Of a DNA stretch of 64,000 bases, positions 55,534 through 64,000 are shown piece after piece. The notes under the pieces are model-generated. The model saw only the letters and a program-made list of their open reading frames with translations, was not told the DNA's origin and ran no database searches. The DNA is taken from NCBI GenBank assembly GCA_903951445.1, contig CAJBBZ010000191.1, positions 2,316 through 66,315 of the forward strand, read 5' to 3'. Position numbers and translations under genes: made by a program. Each line of letters starts with the position of its first letter. Within the stretch, counting starts at the first letter, position 1. This DNA is from an uncultured beta proteobacterium (lineage in GTDB: Bacteria > Pseudomonadota > Gammaproteobacteria > Burkholderiales > Burkholderiaceae_C).

Positions 55534-56832
55534 ATGAAGGTAGCCGTTATTGGCTCAGGAATTTCCGGGCTGGCTGCCGCGCACCGGCTAAACGGCCTGG
55601 CCGATATCACCCTGTTGGAAGCGGGCGATTATTTCGGCGGCCACACGCATACCGTAGACATCACCCTGGACACCCCCACCGGCCCGCACACCCACGGCGT
55701 GGACACCGGTTTTTTGGTGTTTAACGACCGCACTTACCCGCAGCTTATTGCTTTATTTGCCGAACTGGGCGTGCCCTCGGCCGCCTCGGACATGTCGTTT
55801 TCCGTAAAAACTGCCGCCAGCTGGGAGGACCCGGCGCTGGAGTGGTGCGGCACTTCGCTGGACGCGGTGTTTGCCCAACGCAGCAACCTGCTACGCCCGC
55901 GTTTTTGGCGCATGCTGCTTGACGTGGTGCGCTTTAACAAGCTGGCTACCGGCCTGGCGCTGCGCAATGCCGATGCCGAATTGGTGCAGCCCCTGGGTGA
56001 ATTTTTGCGCCAACACAGTTTTTCGCAGGAGTTCAAAGACTGGTATTTCCTGCCCATGCTGGCCTGTATCTGGAGCTGCCCGACCGACCAGATGCTGGCC
56101 TTCCCCGTCGCGACCATGGTGCGCTTTTGCCATAACCACGGGCTGATTGCCCTGACCAACCGGCCCCAATGGCGCACCGTGCCCGGCGGCGCGCGCCATT
56201 ACGTTGAGAAAATTTTGGCCGGTATCGCCGACAAACGCTTGAGCGCGCCGGTGCAGCGCATAGAACGTTTGGCCGATGGCGTGCTGGTACACGTGCAAGG
56301 CCAAACCGAGCGTTTTGACAAAGTCGTCATCGCCACCCACAGCGACCAGGCGCTAGCGCTATTAGGTGATGCCAGCGGCCAGGAGCGCCAGACCTTAAGC
56401 GCCATCCGCTACCAGCCCAATGTGGCGGTCTTGCATACCGATGCTTCGGTGTTGCCGCGCCGCAAAAAAGCCTGGGCCGCCTGGAACTACCAGCGCACGG
56501 CCGGCAGCGTAAATGGTGAAAATGGCCCCCGTGTTTGCCTGCATTACCTGCTCAATATGTTGCAGCCTTTACCTTTTAGCCAGCCAGTGGTCGTCTCCCT
56601 CAACCCGGCGCAAGAACTGGACCCTGCCTTGGTGCATGGCAGGTTTGACTATGCGCACCCTGTGTTTGACCTGGCCGCCACCGAGGCGCAAAAGCGCTTG
56701 CCCGCCATCCAGGGCGGACGCCACACGTATTTTTGCGGTGCCTGGACGGGCTATGGCTTTCATGAAGACGGCCTCAAATCCGGCTTGGCCGTGGCCGATG
56801 CACTCAAGCCTTTACTGGCCCAAGGCGCATAA
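55534..56832 (+). CDS. NAD(P)/FAD-dependent oxidoreductase (amine-oxidase/phytoene-desaturase-like)
   Basis: ATG at 55534 follows GGAG. MKVAVIGSGISGLAAAHRL dinucleotide motif. Confidence 0.85.
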   Translation: MKVAVIGSGISGLAAAHRLNGLADITLLEAGDYFGGHTHTVDITLDTPTGPHTHGVDTGFLVFNDRTYPQLIALFAELGVPSAASDMSFSVKTAASWEDPALEWCGTSLDAVFAQRSNLLRPRFWRMLLDVVRFNKLATGLALRNADAELVQPLGEFLRQHSFSQEFKDWYFLPMLACIWSCPTDQMLAFPVATMVRFCHNHGLIALTNRPQWRTVPGGARHYVEKILAGIADKRLSAPVQRIERLADGVLVHVQGQTERFDKVVIATHSDQALALLGDASGQERQTLSAIRYQPNVAVLHTDASVLPRRKKAWAAWNYQRTAGSVNGENGPRVCLHYLLNMLQPLPFSQPVVVSLNPAQELDPALVHGRFDYAHPVFDLAATEAQKRLPAIQGGRHTYFCGAWTGYGFHEDGLKSGLAVADALKPLLAQGA

Positions 56833-56834
56833 CC

Positions 56835-57599
56835 ATGGCAGCGGCGCAAGCAATGATCGGTTTTGGCCAGGTGCGCCATACCCGGCTTGCGCCCAAGCAC
56901 CACGCCTTTGCCTACGCCACTTACTTTTTGATGTTGCCCATGCGCAGTTTGCAAACTGCGCCCGGCGCCTTGCCCCTAAACCGCCGCGCAGCGCTCAGCT
57001 TTTTCGACAGCGACCACGGCGACGGACGTGGCCCGCAGCAAGGCGGCGCGCTGGCTTGGATAGAGGAATTGCTGCACAGCGAAGGCATCACGGATGCGGA
57101 CGGCGAAATCTGGCTCCACTGCTACCCGCGCGTGTTGGGATTTACTTTTAAGCCCGTTAGTTTTTGGTATTGCCACCGCTTAGACGGCAGCTTGCGCGCC
57201 GTGCTGGTGGAAGTAAACAACACCTTTGGCGAGCGACATTGTTATTTGCTCTCGCAAGCGCGTTTTGGCGTGGAGCAGCGTGCGGACAAGGTGTTTCATG
57301 TGTCGCCGTTTTGCCCGGTGCAAGGCCAGTACCGCTTTCGCTTCATGGTCAACGCACAGGGCGACCGCACCGTGGCCCGCGTGGACTATGACGATGTGCG
57401 CGGCCCTTTGATTCAAACCAGTGTCAGCGGGCAATTGCAGCCCTTTAGCGCGCAGGCAGCACGCCACGCGCTGTGGCGTTATCCGCTGATGACGTTTGCC
57501 GTGGTCTGGCGCATCCACTGGCAGGCGCTGCGCCTGTCGCTCAAGCGCGTTCCGTTTTTCCGTCAACCCCCCGCGCCTGAAAGCTTTGTCAGTCGCTAG
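56835..57599 (+). CDS. DUF1365-family protein
   Basis: 254 aa. Begins ...IGFGQVRHTRLAPKHHAFAYATYF with a later FKPVSFWYCH, the pattern I associate with DUF1365. Always next to the CFA-synthase-like gene. Confidence 0.7.
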   Translation: MAAAQAMIGFGQVRHTRLAPKHHAFAYATYFLMLPMRSLQTAPGALPLNRRAALSFFDSDHGDGRGPQQGGALAWIEELLHSEGITDADGEIWLHCYPRVLGFTFKPVSFWYCHRLDGSLRAVLVEVNNTFGERHCYLLSQARFGVEQRADKVFHVSPFCPVQGQYRFRFMVNAQGDRTVARVDYDDVRGPLIQTSVSGQLQPFSAQAARHALWRYPLMTFAVVWRIHWQALRLSLKRVPFFRQPPAPESFVSR

Positions 57600-57614
57600 T
57601 TGTGTGTATTCCCT

Positions 57615-58850
57615 ATGAACCAAACCACTGCCAAATACAGCGCCGACAAAGCTGCCCAGCGCCCGCCCGCAGCAGCGCGCACGGTCTTGCAATTGCTGCA
57701 AAAGATCCGCCACGGCAGCCTCACGCTGCATTTGCCCGACGGCAGCGTGCAGCGCTTTGGTGAGAGCGCCAGCCCGCATGCCACGCTGCACCTGAACAAC
57801 TGGAACGCATTTACCGGTGCGCTCAAATCTGGCGACATAGGCTTTGCCGAAAGCTTTATCGACGGCGACTGGACCACGCCAGACTTGACCGGTTTGTTGC
57901 GCGTACTGGTGCAAAACCGCGCTGAAGTGGACCGCGTGATTTTTGGCAGCTGGATCGGGCGCCTGGCCTACCGCATCAAGCACTTGCTTCAGCGCAATAC
58001 GCGCAGCAACAGCAAGAAAAACATCCACGCCCATTACGACCTGGGCAATGATTTTTATGCGCTGTGGTTAGACCCGACCATGAACTATTCGTCGGCCTTG
58101 TTTGGCGGCGATTTATCGCAGACTTTGTCGCAAGCCCAAAACGCCAAAGTACGCCGCGCTTTGCAGCAAGTGGACCTGAAGCCGGGCTCCCGCGTGCTAG
58201 AAATAGGCTGCGGCTGGGGCGCGCTGGCCGAGATGGCGACCAAAGAGCACGGCGCGCACATCACCGGCGTCACCCTCAGCACCGAGCAGCTGGATTTTGC
58301 GCGCGCACGCATGCAGCGCCAAGGCGTGGCCGCACAGGCCGATTTGCGCCTGCAGGACTACCGCGATATTGCGGATAGGCCGTATGACGCGGTGTGCTCG
58401 ATTGAAATGATCGAGGCGGTAGGGCAGGGCTTTTGGCCCACGTATTTCGCCACGGTAGCGCGCATGCTCAAGCCCGGCGGCAAGGCCTGCATCCAAAGCA
58501 TTGTGATTGCCGATGCACTGTTTGAACGCTACCTAGAGTCCACCGACTTTATTCAGCAATACATCTTCCCCGGCGGTTGCCTGCCCAGCCCCTCAGAGTT
58601 CAAAGCACAGGCCCGTGCGGCCGGCCTAGAAGTGGTGCAAGAACACGCTTTCGGCCACGACTACGCGCTGACGCTACAACGCTGGCGCGAAGCCTTTTTG
58701 GCACAGCGCGAGCAAGTGCTGACCTTGGGCTTTGACCAACGCTTTATGCACATTTGGGAGTTCTATTTGTGCTACTGCGAAGCAGCCTTTATGGAAGACA
58801 ACATCGATGTCTTGCAATACACCTTGCAAAAGCCCCATGCCGCAGCTTAG
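57615..58850 (+). CDS. Cyclopropane-fatty-acyl-phospholipid-synthase-family SAM-dependent methyltransferase
   Basis: HYDLGNDFYALWLDPTMNYSSALF, VLEIGCGWGALAE (SAM motif I), FPGGCLPS. Confidence 0.88.
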   Translation: MNQTTAKYSADKAAQRPPAAARTVLQLLQKIRHGSLTLHLPDGSVQRFGESASPHATLHLNNWNAFTGALKSGDIGFAESFIDGDWTTPDLTGLLRVLVQNRAEVDRVIFGSWIGRLAYRIKHLLQRNTRSNSKKNIHAHYDLGNDFYALWLDPTMNYSSALFGGDLSQTLSQAQNAKVRRALQQVDLKPGSRVLEIGCGWGALAEMATKEHGAHITGVTLSTEQLDFARARMQRQGVAAQADLRLQDYRDIADRPYDAVCSIEMIEAVGQGFWPTYFATVARMLKPGGKACIQSIVIADALFERYLESTDFIQQYIFPGGCLPSPSEFKAQARAAGLEVVQEHAFGHDYALTLQRWREAFLAQREQVLTLGFDQRFMHIWEFYLCYCEAAFMEDNIDVLQYTLQKPHAAA

Positions 58851-59415
58851 TGCGCCACTGCAGGCCTGGGCACGCGCCACGGCGGCGCTGTGCTTTGCAT
58901 GGCTGTGTGCCTGTGGCGGCGTTCAAGCCAGCAGCACCCCGGCGCCACCGGTCGAGCTGACGCGCGAATTAGAAAAGCCGGTACTGGCTGGCAGCGGGCG
59001 CTTGCGTTGGTTAGGTATCACGGTGTATGACGTCAGCCTATGGACCGCGCCGCAGTTTGTGCCCGAGCGCTTTGGCGCGCATGCGTTTGCGCTGGAGATA
59101 CGCTATGCGCGCACCATCAGCGGCAGCACCTTGGCGGACATCTCGCTCAAACAAATGCAGGCCCTAGACGCGCAGCCTGTCGCACGGCAAACGCAGTGGC
59201 GACAAGCGCTGACAGGCGCATTCCCCGATGTGAAACCCGGCGATCGACTAACGGGCATGCATTTGCCGGACAAGGGCTTGCGCCTGTACTTCAACGGGCA
59301 ATTGCACAAAGCGATTGACGACCCTTTGCTGAGCCAAACTTTTTTTGCGATTTGGCTCAGCCCCGCGACGCAGGAACCACGTTTGCGCGCCCAGTTACTG
59401 GGCCTGGGTAGCTAA
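58837..59415 (+). CDS. Chalcone-isomerase-like (fatty-acid-binding-type) exported protein
   Basis: ATG at 58837 overlaps the upstream stop. Signal/lipobox-like AWLCAC-GG. LRWLGITVYDVSLW and FFAIWLSP patterns. Confidence 0.65.
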   Translation: MPQLSAPLQAWARATAALCFAWLCACGGVQASSTPAPPVELTRELEKPVLAGSGRLRWLGITVYDVSLWTAPQFVPERFGAHAFALEIRYARTISGSTLADISLKQMQALDAQPVARQTQWRQALTGAFPDVKPGDRLTGMHLPDKGLRLYFNGQLHKAIDDPLLSQTFFAIWLSPATQEPRLRAQLLGLGS

Positions 59416-60711
59416 ATGGCCAGCAGCGCAGCACCGCCCGAATTTCGTTGGCCGCAGGGCCTGCGTTATGGCCTGATGGCGTTACCTCTGGCCTTTGTGG
59501 CCTTGCCGCTCTATGTGTTCCTGCCCAATTACTACGCCCGCAGCTTTGGCCTGCCGCTGGCTAGCCTGGGCGCTTTGCTGCTGCTGGCGCGGGTGGCCGA
59601 TGCCTTGATAGACCCCTTGCTAGGCCGCTGGGTGGACCGCTTGTTTGCCCGCTCTCAAACTCAGGTGCTGCGTTTTTCTGCCGTTGCCGCAGTCTTGCTG
59701 GGGGCTGGCTTTATCGCTTTGTTTTTCCCGCCGGTGCGCGAGCATGGTGCGCTGCTGGTTTGGGCGGCTGGCGCTTTGCTGGTCTGCTACTTGGGCTATA
59801 GCGCGCTGACATTGGTGCAACAGTCCTGGGGCGCTTTGCTCGGCGGCGACGCGCCCTTGCGCAGCCGTGTCGTAGCCTGGCGCGAAGGCCTGGGGCTGGC
59901 TGGCGTCATCTGGGCTTCGATGGCGCCGCTGGCCTTTGGCTTGCCGGTTACCGCGGGCATCTTGTGCCTGGCTTTGGGCTTGGGCTGGCTGGCCTGGACG
60001 GCAGCGCCTGCACCGGTGCTAAGGCCTGCGCTGGAGCAGGTGACGGCGGCACCTGCGGGCGCCAGCACAGGCGGACGCCTGTTGGCGCCTCTGCGCTACC
60101 CGCCGTTCCGAGCTTTGCTGGCGGTGTTTTTAGCCAATGGCATTGCCAGCGCTCTACCCGCCACGCTGATTTTGTTTTTTGTGCAAGACCGGCTACAGGC
60201 ACCCGCATCCATGGAGCCCTGGTTTTTAGCCAGCTATTTCCTGGCCGCTGCGCTGGCGATGGCGCCAGTTTCGCGCTTGGTGGCGCGCTGGGGTTTGCAA
60301 CAACTTTGGCTGGCGTCCATGGCCTTGTCCGTAGCGGTGTTCGCCTGGGCCGGGCAATTGGGCAGCGGCGACAGCCTGCCCTTTATCGCCATTTGCGTTC
60401 TTTCGGGTTTGTGCGTGGCAGCGGATTTGACCGTTCCCGGCGCCATGCTGGCGGGCCTGATCAACAGCCAGCCCGAGCCGGGGCGCGACAGCGGCATTTA
60501 CTGGGGCTGGTGGAATATGGCCGCCAAGCTCAATCTGGCCTTGGCCGCGGGTCTGGCCCTGCCTTTGTTGTCGTATGCCGGTTACGAGCCGGGCAACCGC
60601 AGCGAAGAGGCTTTGCGCAGCATCACCTGGGCGTATTGCGTCTTGCCCTGCTTGCTCAAGCTGGTGGCCGCTGCGCTTTTGTATTTTTTGTTCATCAGGA
60701 AAACACCATGA
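59416..60711 (+). CDS. MFS transporter (GPH-like)
   Basis: 431 aa, ~12 hydrophobic segments, DALIDPLLGRWVDR motif after TM2. Confidence 0.85.
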   Translation: MASSAAPPEFRWPQGLRYGLMALPLAFVALPLYVFLPNYYARSFGLPLASLGALLLLARVADALIDPLLGRWVDRLFARSQTQVLRFSAVAAVLLGAGFIALFFPPVREHGALLVWAAGALLVCYLGYSALTLVQQSWGALLGGDAPLRSRVVAWREGLGLAGVIWASMAPLAFGLPVTAGILCLALGLGWLAWTAAPAPVLRPALEQVTAAPAGASTGGRLLAPLRYPPFRALLAVFLANGIASALPATLILFFVQDRLQAPASMEPWFLASYFLAAALAMAPVSRLVARWGLQQLWLASMALSVAVFAWAGQLGSGDSLPFIAICVLSGLCVAADLTVPGAMLAGLINSQPEPGRDSGIYWGWWNMAAKLNLALAAGLALPLLSYAGYEPGNRSEEALRSITWAYCVLPCLLKLVAAALLYFLFIRKTP

Positions 60712-61247
60712 ATCGACGTCGCTTATTTGCGCTGACCCTGGCTACCGGCACGGCCCTGGCTTTAGGGGGTTGCGCCTCGCAAAAACTAGATACCTACGCC
60801 CAAGAAAAACCGGTGCTCGATTTGCGCCAGTACTTCAATGGCACCTTAGACGCCTATGGCGTATTTACCGATTACACCGGCACCGTGGTCAAGCGTTTCA
60901 AGGTGGTGATGGTCTGCACCTGGAACGGCAATGAAGGCGTGTTGGACGAAGACTTCACCTACTCCGACGGCACCAAGCAAAAACGCGTCTGGCGCCTGAC
61001 CGCCGGCCCGGATGGCAGCTACACCGGGCGTGCCGATGACGTTGTGGGCACCGCCCAGGGCCGCACCCAGGGCAATGCCTTCCAATGGCAATACACCCTG
61101 GCGCTGCCGGTGGATGGGAAAATCTATGAAGTGCAATTCGACGACTGGATGTACCTGGTCGATGAGCGCGTGATGCTCAACAAAGCGCATATGCGCAAGT
61201 TTGGCCTGCCGCTGGGCGAGGTTACGCTGAGCTTTTACAAGCGCTAA
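60708..61247 (+). CDS. DUF3833-family lipocalin-like lipoprotein
   Basis: MNRRRLFALTLATGTALALGGC lipobox. LDLRQYFNGTLDAYGVF... pattern. ATGA overlap with the MFS gene. The upstream part of the 427-aa track ORF is out-of-frame overlap and is rejected. Confidence 0.72.
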   Translation: MNRRRLFALTLATGTALALGGCASQKLDTYAQEKPVLDLRQYFNGTLDAYGVFTDYTGTVVKRFKVVMVCTWNGNEGVLDEDFTYSDGTKQKRVWRLTAGPDGSYTGRADDVVGTAQGRTQGNAFQWQYTLALPVDGKIYEVQFDDWMYLVDERVMLNKAHMRKFGLPLGEVTLSFYKR

Positions 61248-61250
61248 GCC

Positions 61251-62030
61251 ATGGCCTGGATGCAGTCCTTAAACCCGCCCTTGCGTGATTGGCGCGGTCA
61301 GTCGGTGTGGATACTGGGGGCCAGCAGCGGCATAGGCCGCGCCACGGCGGCAGCGCTGCACGCGCAAGGCGCCTTGGTCACCGTATCGGCACGCAGTGCG
61401 CAGGCCTTGCAGGAATTTGTACGAGAGCATCCTGGCAGCAATGCCCAAGTGCTCGATAGTAGCGATGCGCAAGCGGTAGCGCAGGTAGCGCAGCAGTGCT
61501 GGCCAGGCAGCGCGCCCGATATGCTGCTGTACTGCGCCGGCCACTACCAACCCATGCGCGCCCAGGCCATGGACTTAGATGACATGCGCCGCCATTGGGA
61601 GATCAATTACCAGGGCGCGCTCAACGTCTTGCAAGCCGTCTTGCCCGCCATGCGCGCACGCGGAAACGGCCATATCAGCCTGGTCGCCAGTGTGGCGGGC
61701 TACCGGGGGCTGCCCAACAGCCTGGCCTATGGCCCGACCAAGGCGGCGATGATTAACCTCGCTGAAAATTTGTACTTAGACTTACAAACCGACGGCATTG
61801 CGGTCTCCGTGGTGAACCCCGGCTTTGTGCAAACCCCCTTAACGGATAAAAATAGTTTTTCCATGCCAGCACTGATCACCCCGGCGCAAGCCGCTGCTGC
61901 CATGCTGCGCGGTTGGGCGCAAGGGCGTTTTGAAATCCATTACCCGCGCCGCTTTACGCTGTGGATGAAGCTCTTACGTTTGCTGCCCAATCGTTGGTAT
62001 TTTTATCTGGTGCGCAAGGCAACACTATGA
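61251..62030 (+). CDS. Short-chain dehydrogenase/reductase
   Basis: ILGASSGIGRATA (TGxxxGxG), YGPTKAA (YxxxK). Confidence 0.88.
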   Translation: MAWMQSLNPPLRDWRGQSVWILGASSGIGRATAAALHAQGALVTVSARSAQALQEFVREHPGSNAQVLDSSDAQAVAQVAQQCWPGSAPDMLLYCAGHYQPMRAQAMDLDDMRRHWEINYQGALNVLQAVLPAMRARGNGHISLVASVAGYRGLPNSLAYGPTKAAMINLAENLYLDLQTDGIAVSVVNPGFVQTPLTDKNSFSMPALITPAQAAAAMLRGWAQGRFEIHYPRRFTLWMKLLRLLPNRWYFYLVRKATL

Positions 62031-62524
62031 GCCAATCCACCGCCCGCCCCAGCGAACAGACGCTGTCCGCCCCGCTTTCCGACGCCACACCGGCTGCGCA
62101 AGCAGCGCTAGACGCCGTGGTGCAATGGTTTGAACATTTAACGCCAGCTACGGTGCAGGATCTGTCTACCTATTACGCGGCGGATGCGCGTTTCAAAGAC
62201 CCCTTCAATGATGTGACCGGTGTCCCGGCAATTGAAGCTATTTTTGTGCATATGTTTGAGGCCTTGATTGCGCCGCGTTTTGTGGTGACGGGTCGGGTAG
62301 CGCAGGGCGCGCAGTGTTTTCTAACCTGGGAATTTCGCTTTGGTTTTCGTAACTTCCACCAGGGCCGCGAGCAAGTTATTTTGGGCGCTTCGCATTTGGT
62401 GTTTGATGTCGCAGGCAAAGTGCAACTCCACCGCGACTACTGGGACGCTGCCGAAGAGTTGTATGAAAAGCTGCCGCTAGTGGGCGGCCTCATGCGCTGG
62501 CTCAAGCGCCGTGCGAACAGCTAG
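62027..62524 (+). CDS. SnoaL/NTF2-like fold protein
   Basis: ATG at 62027 (ATGA overlap with the SDR gene). 165 aa. YYAADARFKDPFNDVTG pattern. Confidence 0.65.
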   Translation: MSQSTARPSEQTLSAPLSDATPAAQAALDAVVQWFEHLTPATVQDLSTYYAADARFKDPFNDVTGVPAIEAIFVHMFEALIAPRFVVTGRVAQGAQCFLTWEFRFGFRNFHQGREQVILGASHLVFDVAGKVQLHRDYWDAAEELYEKLPLVGGLMRWLKRRANS

Positions 62525-62537
62525 GCCTTAACGCACA

Positions 62538-63152
62538 TTAAAAAGGCACGGTGTCCGCGAAGCTCGGACGCTGCGAGAGCTTTTCGTATAGCTTAGCCAA
62601 ATTGGCATGGCGGCTGCGCCAGTCGATATGCGCAAAGCGGAAATCCAGATAAGCCAATGCGCAACCGACGGAAATGTCAGACAGCGTCAGGTGGATGTCA
62701 GAGCAAAAATTGCGATCGCCTAAGCCGCTGGACATGGCTTCTAAGGAGGCATCCGTTTTAGCCATTTGCCGGTCTATCCAAGCCTGGCTGCGTTCGTTGC
62801 TGCTACGCCCGGCCCAGGTCGCTTCCAAGCGCGCCAGAATCAGCGCATCGAGCACGCCGTCGGCCAAGGCTTCCCAAGTCTTCACTTCAGCGCGCGCGCG
62901 CCCGGTGTTGGGTATGAGTTTGCCTACGGGCGATAGCGCGTCCAGGTATTCCACGATCACGCGCGAGTCAAACAAGGCCTCGCCGCCTTCCATGACCAGG
63001 CAGGGCACTTTGCCCAGCGGGTTGGACTCGCCTATGGTGGTGCCAGCGGCCCAGACGTCCTCGGTCACAAAAGCGTAGTCGAGCTTTTTTTCTGCCATGA
63101 CGATGCGCACTTTGCGCACATAGGGACTGGACGTCGAGCCTATCAATTTCAT
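62538..63152 (-). CDS. Glutathione S-transferase
   Basis: MKLIGSTSSPYVRKVRIVMAEKKL..., thioredoxin-like N-domain (VPCLV...ALFDSRVIVEYL) plus a helical C-domain. Confidence 0.85.
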   Translation of the reverse strand: MKLIGSTSSPYVRKVRIVMAEKKLDYAFVTEDVWAAGTTIGESNPLGKVPCLVMEGGEALFDSRVIVEYLDALSPVGKLIPNTGRARAEVKTWEALADGVLDALILARLEATWAGRSSNERSQAWIDRQMAKTDASLEAMSSGLGDRNFCSDIHLTLSDISVGCALAYLDFRFAHIDWRSRHANLAKLYEKLSQRPSFADTVPF

Positions 63153-63216
63153 ACGTTTAAGTAGTTCCAACTAGGGAGGGGCATTCTATACAGGGTGATA
63201 AGCCTACAATTGCCCC

Positions 63217-64000
63217 ATGAATTTTCTCCCCATCGACGCGATTTCGCCCTTGGACGGGCGCTACGCCAACAAGCTGTCTGATCTGCGTCCTTTGATGAGC
63301 GAATTGGGCTATATGCAACGTCGCGTGCAGGTAGAAATCGCCTGGTTTATCGCCCTGAGCGACGCGGGTTTTCAAGAATTCAAACCGCTCAGCACCGGCG
63401 CACGTAAATACCTGCTGGGCCTGGTAAAAAACTTTTCGGTGGCCGACGGGCAGGCGATTAAAGAGATCGAAAAAACCACCAACCACGATGTGAAGGCGGT
63501 GGAATATTGGCTCAAATCCAAATTCGAAGCGCGCCCTGAACTTTTGGCCGCCGCCGAATTTGTACATTTCGCTTGCACTAGCGAAGACATTAACAACACC
63601 AGCCACGCCTTGCAATTGCGCGCCGCGCGCGGCATCGTGCTCTTGCCCCAGCTCGACCGTCTGGTGCTGATGCTGCGCGACATGGCGCATGCCTATGCCG
63701 ATGTACCCATGCTCAGCCGCACCCACGGCCAGACAGCCAGTCCGACCACCGTCGGCAAAGAAATTGCCAATGTGGTGGTGCGTCTGCAAACGGCCTGCGA
63801 GCGCATTGCCAGCGTGCAAATCATGGCCAAGATGAATGGTGCGGTAGGTAATTACAACGCGCATTTATCCGCCTGGCCTGACTTTGACTGGGAAGGCTTT
63901 GCCCGCCGCGTGGTGGAACAGCCCGAACCACTTGGCCTGGGCCTGGTGTTCCAGCCCTACAGCATCCAGATCGAGCCGCACGACTACATGGCCGAGTTGT
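63217..64000 (+). CDS. purB: Adenylosuccinate lyase, N-terminal part (3' end outside window)
   Basis: Open frame from the ATG at 63217 to the window end. MNFLPIDAISPLDGRYANKLSDLRPLMSELGYMQRRVQVEIAWF..., HFACTSEDINN, and TPMLSRTHGQTASPTT-type signature (VPMLSRTHGQTASPTT). It is not in the ORF track because it has no stop. Confidence 0.93.
   Translation, partial: MNFLPIDAISPLDGRYANKLSDLRPLMSELGYMQRRVQVEIAWFIALSDAGFQEFKPLSTGARKYLLGLVKNFSVADGQAIKEIEKTTNHDVKAVEYWLKSKFEARPELLAAAEFVHFACTSEDINNTSHALQLRAARGIVLLPQLDRLVLMLRDMAHAYADVPMLSRTHGQTASPTTVGKEIANVVVRLQTACERIASVQIMAKMNGAVGNYNAHLSAWPDFDWEGFARRVVEQPEPLGLGLVFQPYSIQIEPHDYMAEL

Noticed and set aside
59964-60707. N-terminal 248 codons of the 427-aa plus-strand ORF 59964-61247.
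   Set aside because: This part overlaps the MFS transporter gene out of frame and is Arg/Gly/Ala-rich. Only the distal part, from the ATG at 60708 (lipobox, DUF3833-like), is credible.
63157-63864. 235-aa minus-strand ORF.
   Set aside because: It is antisense to the unmistakable purB N-terminal coding sequence, which is absent from the track only because it has no stop in the window.

Overview
This is a high-GC chromosomal segment. Gene content and T2SS layout look like Burkholderiales/betaproteobacteria, but that is an inference I could not check by search. Nearly all of it is coding, and I saw no rRNA, tRNA, CRISPR array, transposase or integrase.

Contents, left to right:
1. corA 3' end, a single AT-rich lipoprotein gene, and pntAA-pntAB-pntB transhydrogenase.
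2. A small GspC-like gene, divergent from a LacI regulator.
3. An ~17 kb beta-1,3/1,6-glucan (laminarin-type) utilisation locus. It holds a CUT1 ABC importer, cytoplasmic GH1 and GH30, exported GH17, GH81 and GH16, a porin and an orphan lipoprotein. It is punctuated by four perfect copies of the palindrome TGAAAGCGCTTTCA and by a second conserved box, GGGAAACCCTAGG.
4. Immediately downstream, a complete gspGHIJKLMNDEF type II secretion operon.
5. Housekeeping genes: rpe, apaG, thiL, pgpA, cinA/pncC, a lysE-family exporter and a GltS-like FMN protein.
6. A ~13 kb compositionally mosaic island. It holds a CUT2 sugar ABC transporter with a Tat-signal binding protein, a GMC oxidoreductase, a 4-OT tautomerase, a GntR regulator, a GlpD-like dehydrogenase, an FGGY kinase, an aldo/keto reductase, an LsrF/DhnA-type aldolase and a nitronate monooxygenase.
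7. A di-iron desaturase-like gene overlapping an RfaE-II-like gene, divergent from an eight-gene fatty-acid-modification cluster: FAD oxidoreductase, DUF1365, CFA-synthase-like, chalcone-isomerase-like, MFS, DUF3833, SDR and SnoaL-like.
8. A GST and the purB 5' end.

Most worth following up:
- the glucan locus wedged between gspC and gspG-F, a possible cargo/secreton arrangement;
- its two-layer cis-regulatory code;
- the Lsr/Ery-like hybrid catabolic island;
- the poorly characterised lipid-modification cluster.

All family calls come from motifs read in the translations and need HMM/BLAST confirmation.
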